Below are positions 25,601 through 37,681 of a stretch of 47,775 nt of DNA, piece after piece. The stretch lies in assembly GCA_003344405.1 (NCBI GenBank), contig NOWV01000227.1, forward strand, positions 62,001 through 109,775, given 5' to 3'. The stretch is from Trichoplax sp. H2. Taxonomy: Eukaryota. The translations under genes were made by a program, and so were the position numbers. Under the pieces are notes generated by a model. It was not told the DNA's origin and did not search any database. It was given only the letters and a program-made list of their open reading frames with translations. Every line of letters begins with the position of its first letter. Within the stretch, counting starts at the first letter, position 1.

Positions 25601-28600
25601 ATCTTAACTGCTGAATATCTCCCTTCTCCTATGAGGAAAGGCACGTTTATTAACTGGATTTATATTTGATAGGAAAAGATTTCTTTTGCGTTCAGTCGAT
25701 GGATGGAATGGTGTCATTTTTTGAACAAGAATCATTTGCATTCGGCCGTTTCCTACCAGGATTCTTGCTTCCAGGCCCGTTGAAATATATACCAAAATCT
25801 GATTCATTTGTGACATGTTCCACTTCGAGATCAGTTGAATGTTACAAGTACGTCGATTTAGCCTAAAAGATGCAAATTATCATTTTGGCTCTACAGTATT
25901 TCTATATTGATATCGTTATACATCTTATGGATATATTAGCTATAATTATGTGGTTTTAGATGAAGACCTTGAGATTGATGTACTATGTACACTTTTCTTT
26001 TAGATATCAATCTTTAGCACAAGCATCCGAAGGTAGAGAATCGACTAAACTCAGCGATAAAGTATCTGGAAAAAGATTAACGGTAAGAGTATAAGAATTA
26101 AGTAGTAATTATGGCATGAACTTTAATTTAGCATAATTAACAAGTCTTTTCTCTGTTTTATTTCTCTATGATGGATGTTAACCATAGTCTGATTGGTCCG
26201 TCAATATTGGAGAATGTGCCAAAGAAATCTATATGGTCAGTTTCCAGAATGCTCCATCGTCTATCTTCGTCTTAGGTATAACTTCATAATTTCTAAAGGT
26301 TATTTCGGCAGCCCACATCCATTCAGTGCTTACATCAATTCATCAGTTATTTTTACAATAATTTACTACTTAGCTAACATACTGTCTCATTCGTATTTAT
26401 TTCTTTTAGTATATGATAGATACAATATAATTTATTTCCTATAGGTGAACGATCAATATTCTGCTTGAGAGAAAATGGAAATGTTCGTTTTATGAAGAAG
26501 CTAGAATATGATCCTAGCACATTTTACCCTTATGGCAGTAGTAAGACATCTTTACAATTATGAGACAATGCTTTCTATTAAATTGTAGCGTTATTATTAA
26601 TCTCCAACTACTTTACTCACTTAATTTCATTTAGCGCCTGATGGTGGGATTCTTTACATGATCGCTACTCATACCGATACATTACTTGTATATAAGGATA
26701 TTACGTTATGTTGGGCTGCCCAAATGCCCTCTATGCCGGTTGCTTTACGCGCTGCAGAGCTCAAGTTAGTCTTTATACTCTTAAACATGGATATTTTTTG
26801 CCGTTTGCTAGAGATTTTTAATCATATAATGATGCCTGAGTGCGTTATTTCTATGCAGAGATTTAAAAGGACTCATTATCTCATTGGATCAAAACGGAAG
26901 AATTCAGGCTTCCTATCTTGGAACAGATCCTTCCATGTTTACAGCACCTCCAACAGAGTCAAGAGAAATTAATTACGAGGTTTAATATATATTCTAATTA
27001 CGTACATAGATCAAAATTGGCTACCATTGCAAGCGATACATTAGAAATACAAAATGTGCAAATCACAGACCTTAAAGTAATAGATCACCATTCAATTGAT
27101 GACTTTCTTGTTTACTCTAAGGAATTGGATAAAGAAATGAAGGAATTACAAAAGTTAATCAAGGAATCATCTGTTAGCTCCAGTAAGTTTGTTTTGAAAA
27201 GTGATTCTATATTTCAATGATTATCGAGAAGTATAAGCGTAATTCGTATCGAGAACGAGAATTAGTCACAATTTTAAGGCTTAAACGATTTTATTTGTAG
27301 TCGGTTTTAATATTGCATATTGTTGTTATACTAGATTTATTCCAAAATGAAGAAAGTATTACAATGCAAGTACACATTCCACCTCAATTGGATCAAACTT
27401 CGGTAAATTTTAGACTATAATTTTAGCTGATTTAAGTATACGAATTCAAGTAGAAAATTGCTTAATGATTCTTTATTTAATATGTAGATTATCGATGGAA
27501 ATAAGAAAGATGAAGATATTCCATCTTTAACGATTAAGGTAATAGGAATTTCTCTAAGAATTGAAATTTTTCACCGTGAATTAGTTTTAGAGTTATTTAA
27601 GGAAGCCACTGGTAATTTATGAAAGCTTTTTCAATTGGTTTCCTTTAGGTTTCTTTTAAATCATCATCAACATTTAATAATGTTGTTGTCACCGCTCATA
27701 CAGAGAAACCTTTAACAGTGAATCAACATACTAGAAAGATCAGTTTAGGTAACTAGCAATATAGAGTTGATTGGAAATTCGTGAAAATTGTAACTAAAAT
27801 TGCTTCCAGATTTAGTTGAAAAATATTTAATGCATGATTTCTAATCGGAAAAAGATCCAGAAAGTTATACCAGGCCAATGGGAATCACCTATTACGTGGA
27901 TAATAGCGATAGTATGTTACCTATAAATTTAACTACGTGGATATCAGGCAGTTACGTTACCAGTCAAGGAGCACCCAAAACTGTCCAGCAACAAGTTAAT
28001 TTACCCATGAAGATGTACTGCAAGCCTTGCCAACCAGTTAAAGTAGCTACTCATAAGGTAATAAACAGTAGTATCGACTTTTTATCCATTTTGATAATTG
28101 ATTTATAACAGTCTATAACTGATCGCTCTACATAATCTCTATCAGATTACTATTGACACAAACAGAAACCCCGTTAATTTGTATGATATATTTCCCGGTA
28201 AGCTTCGATTTTTAATCCTATCGTGACAATTTGGAATGTAACTTATTTCGTATAGGATAAACTAATTTACACGTTTGAATTCCTAGAATATGGAGAATCT
28301 AAAGGTCCTGGCAATGCCATCGGCTTTCAATATTATAATGGACCAAAAGTTACTCTATTAGCTTCCAAAACTTCGCGTGAGTACATTAGAACAGAAGAAT
28401 AACCTTCAATATCGAGAGAGTTACTATCACTAACTATCCTATGATTTTATACTTTCAGAGCGTTATCGATTGCAGTCTGATAATTTCGAAGCGTTAGCAT
28501 TAGTTACAAGGCAGTTTGTTGAACGTATGAAAGCCAATTTTGCCAACGATAAAGTGAGTAATGGATGAAAATAACTAATAATGTCGACAGTGGTTATATC

Positions 28601-30472
28601 TTGCGATTAGGTTAATAATGACTATCATATTCTCTACTTTCTATCGTTTAGAATCCTGACAAGTTCAAGGTTTCTTTCACGGGTTCTTTACCACTGCATG
28701 AATTTTTTGAGTTGATTGATGCGCATTTTAATGTAAGCCGCAAGTGTAAATTATACTGTATGATACTCTGTATACTTTATTCTATTTCAGTTTTGCTTGA
28801 TTAAATAAACTGATTAATATACTAGAGTTATCCTCTTCACATTTCATTATTAAATCGAAATAGAGAAAAATAATGATGTTAAGATATTACGTATATGCTG
28901 AAATCTTAACCTAAACTATAGTCATAGTGACCAACAACAATATATTATAGGAACTTCATAGCTTAATCTTGATCACAGGGTAACTATACTTTGGTGCGCA
29001 TTTGTTCCAATTACAGATTCGTTTAGAACAAGAAGAATTGCATGAAAAAGTTCAGCAAGAAGCAGAGCAGTACAGAGCCATTCAAAGGCGACTTTTAACT
29101 CGTTTTAAGGATAAAACTCCATCTCCGTTATTGAACCTGGATGTAATTTTGGATAGTACACATGCTACGGTATGTTAAAGATCTTGATAAAGCTCTGATA
29201 GACGAATGATTGTAAAAAAATGTATTCAGTATTTCCCGGCATAGAAAATAAATCTTTCTGATTGATGCCATTATAGATTATGGAATTAGCCGATAAAATT
29301 AAAAAGACTGAGGAAGCATTATCTAGAGCAGCTAATGCTTTGTCCTGCGGTACTAGTCTTCTCCTACTATTATTAAGGTATTGCAACCTTGTTCAGTTAT
29401 TCATTACCAACTCAATGGCGATCTATACCTTTTCCAGATGTCAATTAATATTCCTATTTTACTAAAAATAATCTTTTATTTGCAAGGCTAAATATGAACC
29501 TGAATGACAGTGAATTTCGTATACTTGAAGCCACGTTATCACCGATAGTAATTGACTTACGAGATCAGGTAATTAACTGCATTTTAATCTTGTTAGTAGT
29601 TACTTGACAGAAAATTGGCCATCTATAACCATTACTACTACTTCTCTAGGGTTGGGAAGAATTAACTGATGCTGCAATTACTCATTTACTACGGACGTGC
29701 TTAGCTAAGTCAGCGAAAGATCAAGCAGGTGATAAATTTTATTCGATTTTTCCTAATTCACTGAAGACCATATTCAATTATTATTTTGCACTTATTAGAT
29801 CTGGAGCTATCGTTATTTATATTACAATCGCATACTTTAATGAATAATCTCTCGCTTTTATTACTGTATAGTCAACTTGCCTCCTCTTAAGATCCCTTCT
29901 GATACTCAAAAACTAAAGAAACATATAGCTATGATGTGTGATCGGCTGACTAAAGGGGGCAAATTAGCATTCGAAAGTAACGATGTTACAACAAATGGAC
30001 TACCGGAGGTTGTTGTATCTGATCCTAAACAAATACTTGATGATTACCCATCGAAAGAAACATTTAAAGCAGGTATTATTCTAACCTGATAAGATTAAAA
30101 GGATGATAGAACAAATTTCTATTCGTGCGTACTTGAAGAGTTTTCTACACATAGTAAAAGTTTTTCTTGATGAGCAACTTCTTTACTAATTTTGTAAAAT
30201 AAATTGTCTTGAACGACTGCGGCTGATTGATTTCTTGTCTAAATCTTAATCATTGTCAATTTAATTGGATAGATTTACCATCAGCTCCAGCTGAAACCAA
30301 TGGTAGTCATGACCTTCCTACAAGTTCCACTGTTAGTGGTAAGAGCCTTCCACCTATGTATGAATCAGAACATCGAGATAGTGTATTACCTCCTTTGAGT
30401 ACGAGCAATGGCATACGAAATCTAGATCTGGATCCACGACTTGCTAGTGCAATACAAGGAAGTGAAAGTTAA
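22638..30472 (+). CDS. BBS9: BBSome subunit BBS9 / PTHB1; more than 20 exons, 2.1-kb first intron (22750-24831)
   Basis: MSLFKARDWWST..EEYDTGCLCVANIDN|DKVIVGSYFGILRIY..LQLEAGKFVS|..LAILHPRKLSIY|..VEHGSQY..YEHILER|KDFFCVQSMDGMVSFFEQESFAFGRFLPGFLLPGPLKY..|..LLASKTS|ERYRLQSD..|QYRAIQRRLLTRFKDKTPSPL..|GWEELTDAAITHLLRTCLAKSAKDQ|..KLKKHIAMMCDRLTKGGKL. Last exon ends at TAA 30470-30472. Confidence 0.96.
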
Positions 30473-32355
30473 ATTAAGCCTTTACCCAACCCGTTTAATC
30501 CTGTATATTTTTTTGCTCTCATTTATCCCATAAATTTATTTCGTAGTTGATGAACATTTTTGTATAAAAATTGGCTTCATCCAAAAGTTTCCTTTCCAGC
30601 CTATGTTAAAATGAGAACTTTTGTAGCGCAGTACTTGTTGACGTTGTTCTTGAAAGTTGTTAAATCTATTGGACAGCACTTTTCCTTACCACACAAAATG
30701 GCTGAGTTCCTTACGGAATATTTCATTTAAACAATGACGATCTTTTAAAAAGTGTTTCAATTTCAATTTAAAGCTGTTGTTCTTGATATTGTAACATATT
30801 TTATGACTATCATGTTGATTGACTTAATTTAATCTGTAGTGCAAAACCTTTACAGTCCAATATTCTACCACGAATTATAAAGTCCTTCATGACTTAACTA
30901 CATCAATATTTCAAATAGTAATTTTTACTACTATGGTACTATCTAACAGTAGGCCTTTAATAAGGTATCACTACTACTTTAATTATTAAAAATAGTATTA
31001 ATGCTCTGGCTATGAATACAGCTCAGTATTGATAATGTTATCCAAAAAAACTGATCCGATCTTGCTCAAGTAACAACGTTATACTTAGAACCCGTGATGC
31101 CACTAATATCTATTAGATGTGTAAATATACCTAAATTATCTAAATTCACAGTAATAATTAATCAATCTTATCAACACCTTTGATAGCTTTATGATGTTGT
31201 CGGATTATATTAATGACTCATTTGCCTTAACAACAGTAAAAAGTACATTATTACTATGTGAAGTCCTGTTTATATGATCTTTCTGTAAGATGTAATGTAT
31301 ATGCATTTTCGATAAGGAGTTTAAATCTTATGATAAAGTAGGAGAGACTTTCTTGACTACTTTTTGTAATTGTTCGTTTTTAATCAACTGAAATACGTAA
31401 TAAGATAGCAATCTAATTGGACTCAATTCCTGTGTTTTTCATAAAGGATCACGATTTTGTTCCTATATTAAAAATTTTCCAGTTTATTAATTTTAAACAA
31501 AAATTAAAATTCTGCTTAACGTGATATATGTAATTGCTAGCTGATATTATGTAGAATAAAGTATTTAGCTTGTAAGGCTATACCAATTATTTCATGTGGA
31601 CAAAATTCATAAATTCTAAATATAGTATTACAACTGCAGCTCTGCTGTAACGGAACTAAATAAGCACATGTTAATGGATGCCGTTACTTTTATGACGTGC
31701 AAAAGACGTTATGTCAGCGCCTCCGGCGTAATTTATTGATACACATTAATTAATCTGCTGTCGGAGCTGCGTTTACGAGCTGTCGTGCATGATGAGTTGG
31801 CTCTAACTACAAATCTATTAAAACCAAAGGAGTTTGTATGGGCTAGTTTAGAAGTCATGCTTACGGGGAGGATCAAATAAACTCTCTGAGCAGCAATTAA
31901 CAACCAAAGAGGTTAAGGCCGCCATAACAATTTATTGTCAGCTTCATCACTTAATTACTAGCAATGGAGGTTAAAGGCTAACACTTGCTAATTAGCAAAT
32001 TTATCGAATCGCAGATAAGATAATTGGCACAGGACAATAATTATTTGTACCTACTATTACCAAATATTCGTTTCGAAGTATACAATTGAAAGATACTAAA
32101 GTTATAAGCTACACACTACATAAACACGTCCAAACAGCTATGGTTATAATTCTTAAAGTGTAATAAAGTTACAAATTATCCGGCACGAAGTACATAGGAA
32201 AGACAGTCTGCAATATTTAAAGTTCACTGGATAATTTTTCTAAACGGTTCGTTGGGCACGATAGTGTTCACTTTATGTGGAAGTAACTTCAATTTCCTGA
32301 ATTATGATTAGCGATTACTTCATAAAGCCCATTCACTCGTTGAGGAGGTGGTAAT

Positions 32356-34855
32356 TTAGAAACCATGAACTTTAACCTGATCCTCGGATGCAATCTGGTG
32401 TTTTTTCAAGAAGCTTCGAATCTTGTTTCTCTGGTCTCCCTGAAACTGCAACACTAAGCCATACTCCGGATGCTCAACAACAGTGCCATTGCAAGCAAAT
32501 TCCTATGATAATGTAGTATAAGGCAAGTTTAGGTATAATTTTAGTAGTACCCAATATAATTCGTATTGTCAATATTATGGTAAATACGAATTTTCTCTTT
32601 CAAACGAAGGGTAATAAATTGTAGGAATCGTGGGCAATAACGTCAGTCAAGTTTACAAATAATAATTTAATGTTAGGAAATAGCAAGATTAATAAAAGAC
32701 TCGTTAGGGTAACAAGATATTTACAAACTTGTTTTATTAATTTGCCCAAGTTGTATCCAGTACCGCAAAGGTATTTAGTATTAAGTTATGTTAATAAGGT
32801 GTAATTAAGAATTACAAGCAAAGAACAAATATTCTAAAGTAATAATTGTAGGGTAAAACGATGTCATCATTAGTCCATAGATCTATTTACTAGAGCAGCA
32901 TCAATAAATACATGTGAAAAAAAGATGGAAAGTTTGGGTTATTATTCTTGTAACAATTTACCTTCTTGCATACACGCGCAATCCTTTTCAAATCGAAATT
33001 ATTCGAAATTCCTTGCACCGTGGTCAAAGTTTTCCGACCGTTACGTTGCTGAATTCTTATATGAATGACTCCTTCCTGGTGGCCTTCGTCCTCTCCTTTG
33101 AGAGCATCCGCAAACGGATCTACAAATGGATCATAGGAAAAAATGGAAACCTTCAAAAAGAGCATACATATGATGCTTGTAAGGTTTAAGAAAGGTTGTA
33201 CAGTTAATAAATATGTGAAAGGCTGGATCGCTGCAATCACTGTTGTATGGATGGGCGAAATTAGGCCGAAAATTTAAGATGTAACCTGTGAATCCCTTAG
33301 TTTGAAAGATCAATCGGAGTTGATACAGTCCATCGACATACACTAAAGTATTGGTTGCTTGACAATCAACATCCTAGACGCTAGAGGGGAGATGTGCACG
33401 CAAATCTATTGCCAGTTGTTATAAGGAAAAACGTTTTCTACATGTTCACACGGAATTCCCTATAAGATGCTCAAGGAATCTCGTATGTACGTTGATAGTC
33501 AGCATTGAAAAAGGTCGCATCCCATACCGACTCCAGTTAGCTATACTGTACTAGACTGTAAGGGTCAGTCGATGTGATCGTTGTAATCCACACATCTACT
33601 ATAGCAAGCCATTTTTCAGCATTCCTTTCCTATGCCATCATAGTCATCCTTTCAGTGTACTGTACCAATACTTTCCAAGTTATTGCACTTACGACGATTT
33701 GTGTTTACAGAGCGATTGAAAACGAGTTATTTACTATGCTGTACTAAGCGTCAATACTTTCGGTCGTGATGAGTTCTTTTAACATGTCCTAAAAATAGCC
33801 GCTAGTCTATTCATCATGATCACAAAAAGTGGTACTGGACCGGCACGGCACGGCACGGTTATGAATTAAATGGTTTCGAAGGCGGTCAGTCAATTTTACG
33901 ACGGTAGTGAGTGTGAGGAAATCCGCTTTCATTTCATTTAATGGTTGCTTAATCCATGTTTATTAAGCTACTGCTTTTTTTAGTTATCGGGTCAGATGTG
34001 TGTTTGAAAGTTCTTCTTTGCAACTTTTTCAAGCTGTCTTGAACTACTTTCCGTTAGTACAACACGGGAACAATGCAGGGTCAATGATGGCGTTGTACTG
34101 TCCAAGATTATAGTCGAATTATCATGGGGCAGTGGTATATGTTAGTAACTGTAATGCCTGTATCGAGTGGTTGCCTATACCGTAGTAACAGCACTATTGT
34201 ATTTTATTGCGTAGTACATATAGTACAGGGGTAAAATTACAATGGACTGTATAATAGATCGCCATAACAAACATGTCCGAAATGGTGACGATCTACTTAG
34301 GAGAAATTGTGGACTATCGTGAGAAAATTGGACGTAGATTTAAATAGACTTTTTTCCGATTAAGAGTGAATCCATTCCATCTTGATCATGTTATTATTGG
34401 GTTGCATGGATTGCTGTTGAAGACATTGAAAAGTGAAAGCTGACTTGTGGACAGAATATTTCGTTATTTACTGTTCAAAAGCAATCAATGTGAATTAGCG
34501 CCGATTGATTCGTTCCATTTATCAGATCTTAACCACTTGGTCCATAGCGCCCAAGTAATATTACAATCATTCTTTTCTTAAGCTATACTATACTGCCATG
34601 TTACTACAGCTAAAAATACATCACTCTACCCGGAATTTCAACGATTGAATTGGATCATGATATTGCGGCACGGTAGTCAAGCGACAAAAAAAAATGCAGA
34701 AATCCACTGATACTGTCTTACTACTGTGTAAACTAGTAGCCGTGCAATCTTCACGAATCACGATATAAATTGAAGTCCAAGATGCTACGCTAGCGGCCAA
34801 CTTAAAGGATAAAATGCTTACCAAAAGTTTTCAAATTTTGAATGGATTCTGTCAT
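32356..34855 (-). CDS. EIF1: Translation initiation factor eIF1 (SUI1); coding exons 34855-34822, 33119-32962 and 32502-32356
   Basis: MTESIQNLKTF-G|AT(D)PFADALKGEDEGHQEGVIHIRIQQRNGRKTLTTVQGISNNFDLKRIARVCKK|EFACNGTVVEHPEYGLVLQFQGDQRNKIRSFLKKHQIASEDQVKVHGF*. Donors are GTAAGC and GTAAAT, acceptors TAG, and phases are consistent. Exon 1 is absent from the ORF track. Confidence 0.97.
33693..33788 (-). other. Candidate 96-nt stop-containing cassette exon in EIF1 intron 1
   Basis: Acceptor ggctatttttag|GAC and donor CGTC|gtaagt. In the eIF1 frame it reads GHVKRTHHDRKY then TGA (33753-33751), with a second stop TAA at 33729-33727. Confidence 0.4.
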
Positions 34856-35054
34856 AAGCTAGGAAAGTCGGTTAACGCTTGAGAGAAGATTTAATTCGTT
34901 GCCGATGGTCGACGATAGTTTGGCGTAAGCACACACAGTTGCAAGCTAGCTTGGAAACGATGAAGACGGATAACGATAACGATACGTACCTCCGTAAAAT
35001 GAGTCGATTGCACCAGTGCAGCGGGAAAATAACGTCATGGTCCGGGAGGGGAGA

Positions 35055-35450
35055 GTACAGTACAGTACAGTACTACATCATGGTACTATTAGTGCAGTCC
35101 TGAGATCATGATATACTGTACACTGTACTTACTGTATCTTTCTTTTTTTTTTACTGTACAGTACCGTATGCTGTCCGGTACGGGTACCGGTACGAATAAC
35201 AATTTTGACGCGTACAGTACTGTACTGTACTGTACAATGTGTGCAGTACAGTACATGGGATTACAATGTACTGTACTGTACAGTACAGTATTCTATTGTA
35301 CTGTACACTGTACGGTACAGTACAGTATGGGATTACTGTACAGTACTTACGGCCTGGTACAGTACAGTACACGAATGAACGTACAGTAGAGTACTGTACA
35401 CTGTACTGTACAGTACTGTATGTAATGTTGTGCTCTTGATACTGTACTGA
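35055..35450. repeat. GTAC[A/T] pentamer array upstream of EIF1, with outliers at 35590-35705 and 36080-36180
   Basis: gtacagtacagtacagtac at 35055 and gtacagtactgtactgtactgtac at 35212, among others. Begins about 200 bp upstream of the EIF1 ATG. Confidence 0.9.
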
Positions 35451-35706
35451 ACCTTGGTAACTTAGTAACTTGATGGTAAAAATTCAATTTTGAACATCAA
35501 TCAAAGACCAAAACAAATAGGCAATCGTGAACACCAGTGTTGTCCTGCATTTGACCAACTATTTGGCCCGTTCAAAATTTCTACCAATTTTTTACTGTAC
35601 ACTGTACAGTGTACTGTATACCTATTATTATTTTATTTGATTATAATTACAGTATATACAATATACCATTATTATCTACACTGCTGTACATACATTGTAC
35701 GCTACA

Positions 35707-35855
35707 ATACAGCCGACTAGTATAAATTTACACAGTGGAAGTTGTTCACTTATGAAAACAACTCCCAACCAGTGCCTTCCAAAATAGAATCAACTACAGG
35801 ATGACTAACGTTGAAGTTGAAGAAACAATGTCGGCCGAAGGCCGATCGAGTATAA
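35707..35855. mobile_element. Possible ~150-bp non-autonomous element ending in a GC-rich hairpin
   Basis: Hairpin TCGGCC-GAA-GGCCGA (35831-35845) followed by TCGAGTATAA, and a related motif GCCGACTAGTATAA at 35712-35725. Only one copy is visible in the window. Confidence 0.25.
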
Positions 35856-37681
35856 TTATGAATGAATTGATTATTATTATAGAATAGGGACTGGATACTG
35901 CATCAAACGCGTAATTGGGTCTTGTATGTTGCTTGTTTCAAAGTTTCTTCAAGAGAAAACTAACGATATGCCACTATATTTTGCGTTATTAAATGATATA
36001 CCATCGTAATTTACCGAAATTGAATAATATGGGATTTTCCGATTTGTGAGCACGCTCAGTACGACACACAGCATGATTAGAGTACATTGTATGTACTGTG
36101 TATTTTACCAACGTCTATTCGGTAACGATAATTAATTAATTATTTACAGTTAATACTGTCCTGTACTGTACTGTACAGTAAGCGAAATAAGGGCGACTGG
36201 ATGATTCAGCAAGAATCATAGTGACGACAATGATGCTGTTGTTAAAGTTACAAAATCAATTTTATAATTTCGTCCATAGTCCTTGTAGGCTAGCAGTAGG
36301 AAATTGTTGGTCATGATTGGTCACATCATCCATAGTGATATCAATTTGTAGGGTTACTCTCCAACGATTGGATCAATATCACAGAGAATGAATTGCAAAT
36401 AATCAATCAATCACTCATGACATTGATAGGCACTATCAACATGACATGGTATTATTATATCGCAATAGATAGTTTTTGCAAACGGTAATTGCTCAGTAAT
36501 GCACGTAATAATGCATTTATATGTTGCCTCAGCGCTTGTTTAAATAGATAGAACGAATCGCTAGCAATTTACAAGTATTATTCTGGACGGATTACTCTTG
36601 CTATTGCATGCAATAATATTTTACAACCTAAGGTATCCCCTCGAAATTGGACTATCATTAAAATTGAACTTGTAATTGAGGCGTACCGTAACCGAATGTG
36701 AATGCTGATATCTTCTACAAGTACGACTAGGAGTGGAATAAACATGATACCAAGATAGCAAAATTTTATTAATCTTTTCAAATTTAGTAATCTAACGTAC
36801 GCTCTAATCTTTGCACACACAAATATAGTAAGTACGTGCAATCGAATCTTGTCACAGCGCTGAAATTAAAAATGTAACAGAATTTCTAAATGTTTTCACA
36901 TGTGTTATATAAGTTCTCCAAACACATTGGAGCATAATGAACAGCAATTTCTTTTAACAACATTTACATAGTTGGCGGCAGCTAATGTGCAGCAGGCTCA
37001 CAAACTATATCCTTTCAAAGCAGAATGGATCTAGTAACACGGATAGTTCGTTACGCTCAACAGAATGAAGTAACTAAGGTTACTAACCATTGCACTACCA
37101 ACAAAATGCAGCAAGTAGAAAGATCGGAATGTCAACTAAAGATTTATACGAAATGTTAACGGCTATATAAAAAGGTTCATCGAAGTGTAAAAATATCTTG
37201 TGCTATCCAATGTATTCGGATTCACTGGGACAAGTTAGCAATATACAATACTTCAAACATTTTCTTAATGCAGTATCTACACGTTAATAGATATACAAGA
37301 GCTTAGTAATGCGCAAAAAATCGCTCATAATTGACGGATTGGTTGATCAATGCACTCCAATAGTTAAAGCACTATCAATCCATGAAGATTTGCCACTAAG
37401 CTGAAGGAGTTAATATCCCTTTAAGGAGGCAAGCTTTCTATATAAAAAGCTATACAATTCACAGAAGAGTTGATCACAATTATAATACAAATCCTAATAC
37501 AAAAATATCAACGATCAACTTCTACGAGTATTGCCTCCAGTCAAATATAAATAGCTAAAGGCAAGATGAGTTTAAGCTACGAATACAAATTTCGCATTTG
37601 ATTGTCAGAGGTAACTTAGAACTGGAAATCAAGTATTGAAAAATGTTTGAATTATCTAATCGATGACATATCTGTGTATAG

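Noticed and set aside
27115..29490. AAG 3' splice sites (BBS9 about 27121 and 29487; also one each in INVS, C7orf57-like and SETD2)
   Set aside because: A few percent of introns is within the ordinary range for AAG acceptors.
33120..33240. N-terminal extension of eIF1 in ORF 32890..33240 (MIAAIQ../MLFLKV..)
   Set aside because: This is read-through into intron 1; it has a pyrimidine tract and a TAG acceptor at 33120-33122.
33560..33650. Possible box C/D snoRNA in EIF1 intron 1 (- strand ATGATGG..CTGA..CTGA)
   Set aside because: The C box is imperfect, the terminal stem is minimal, and I recognised no rRNA complement of 10 nt or more. An Infernal or snoscan search would settle it.
33666..33690. 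EIF1 initiating only at a non-AUG codon (cgtAAGtgc.. NNLESI|DPFAD)
   Set aside because: A canonical exon 1 (MTESIQNLKTF, ATG 34855, donor GTAAGC) exists further upstream. The segment is kept only as a possible alternative isoform.
35108..35439. Y/C/T/V/Q/S-rich ORFs here and at 16492-17303 and 46318-46884
   Set aside because: They are translations of the GTAC[A/T] arrays, which lack stop codons in most frames.
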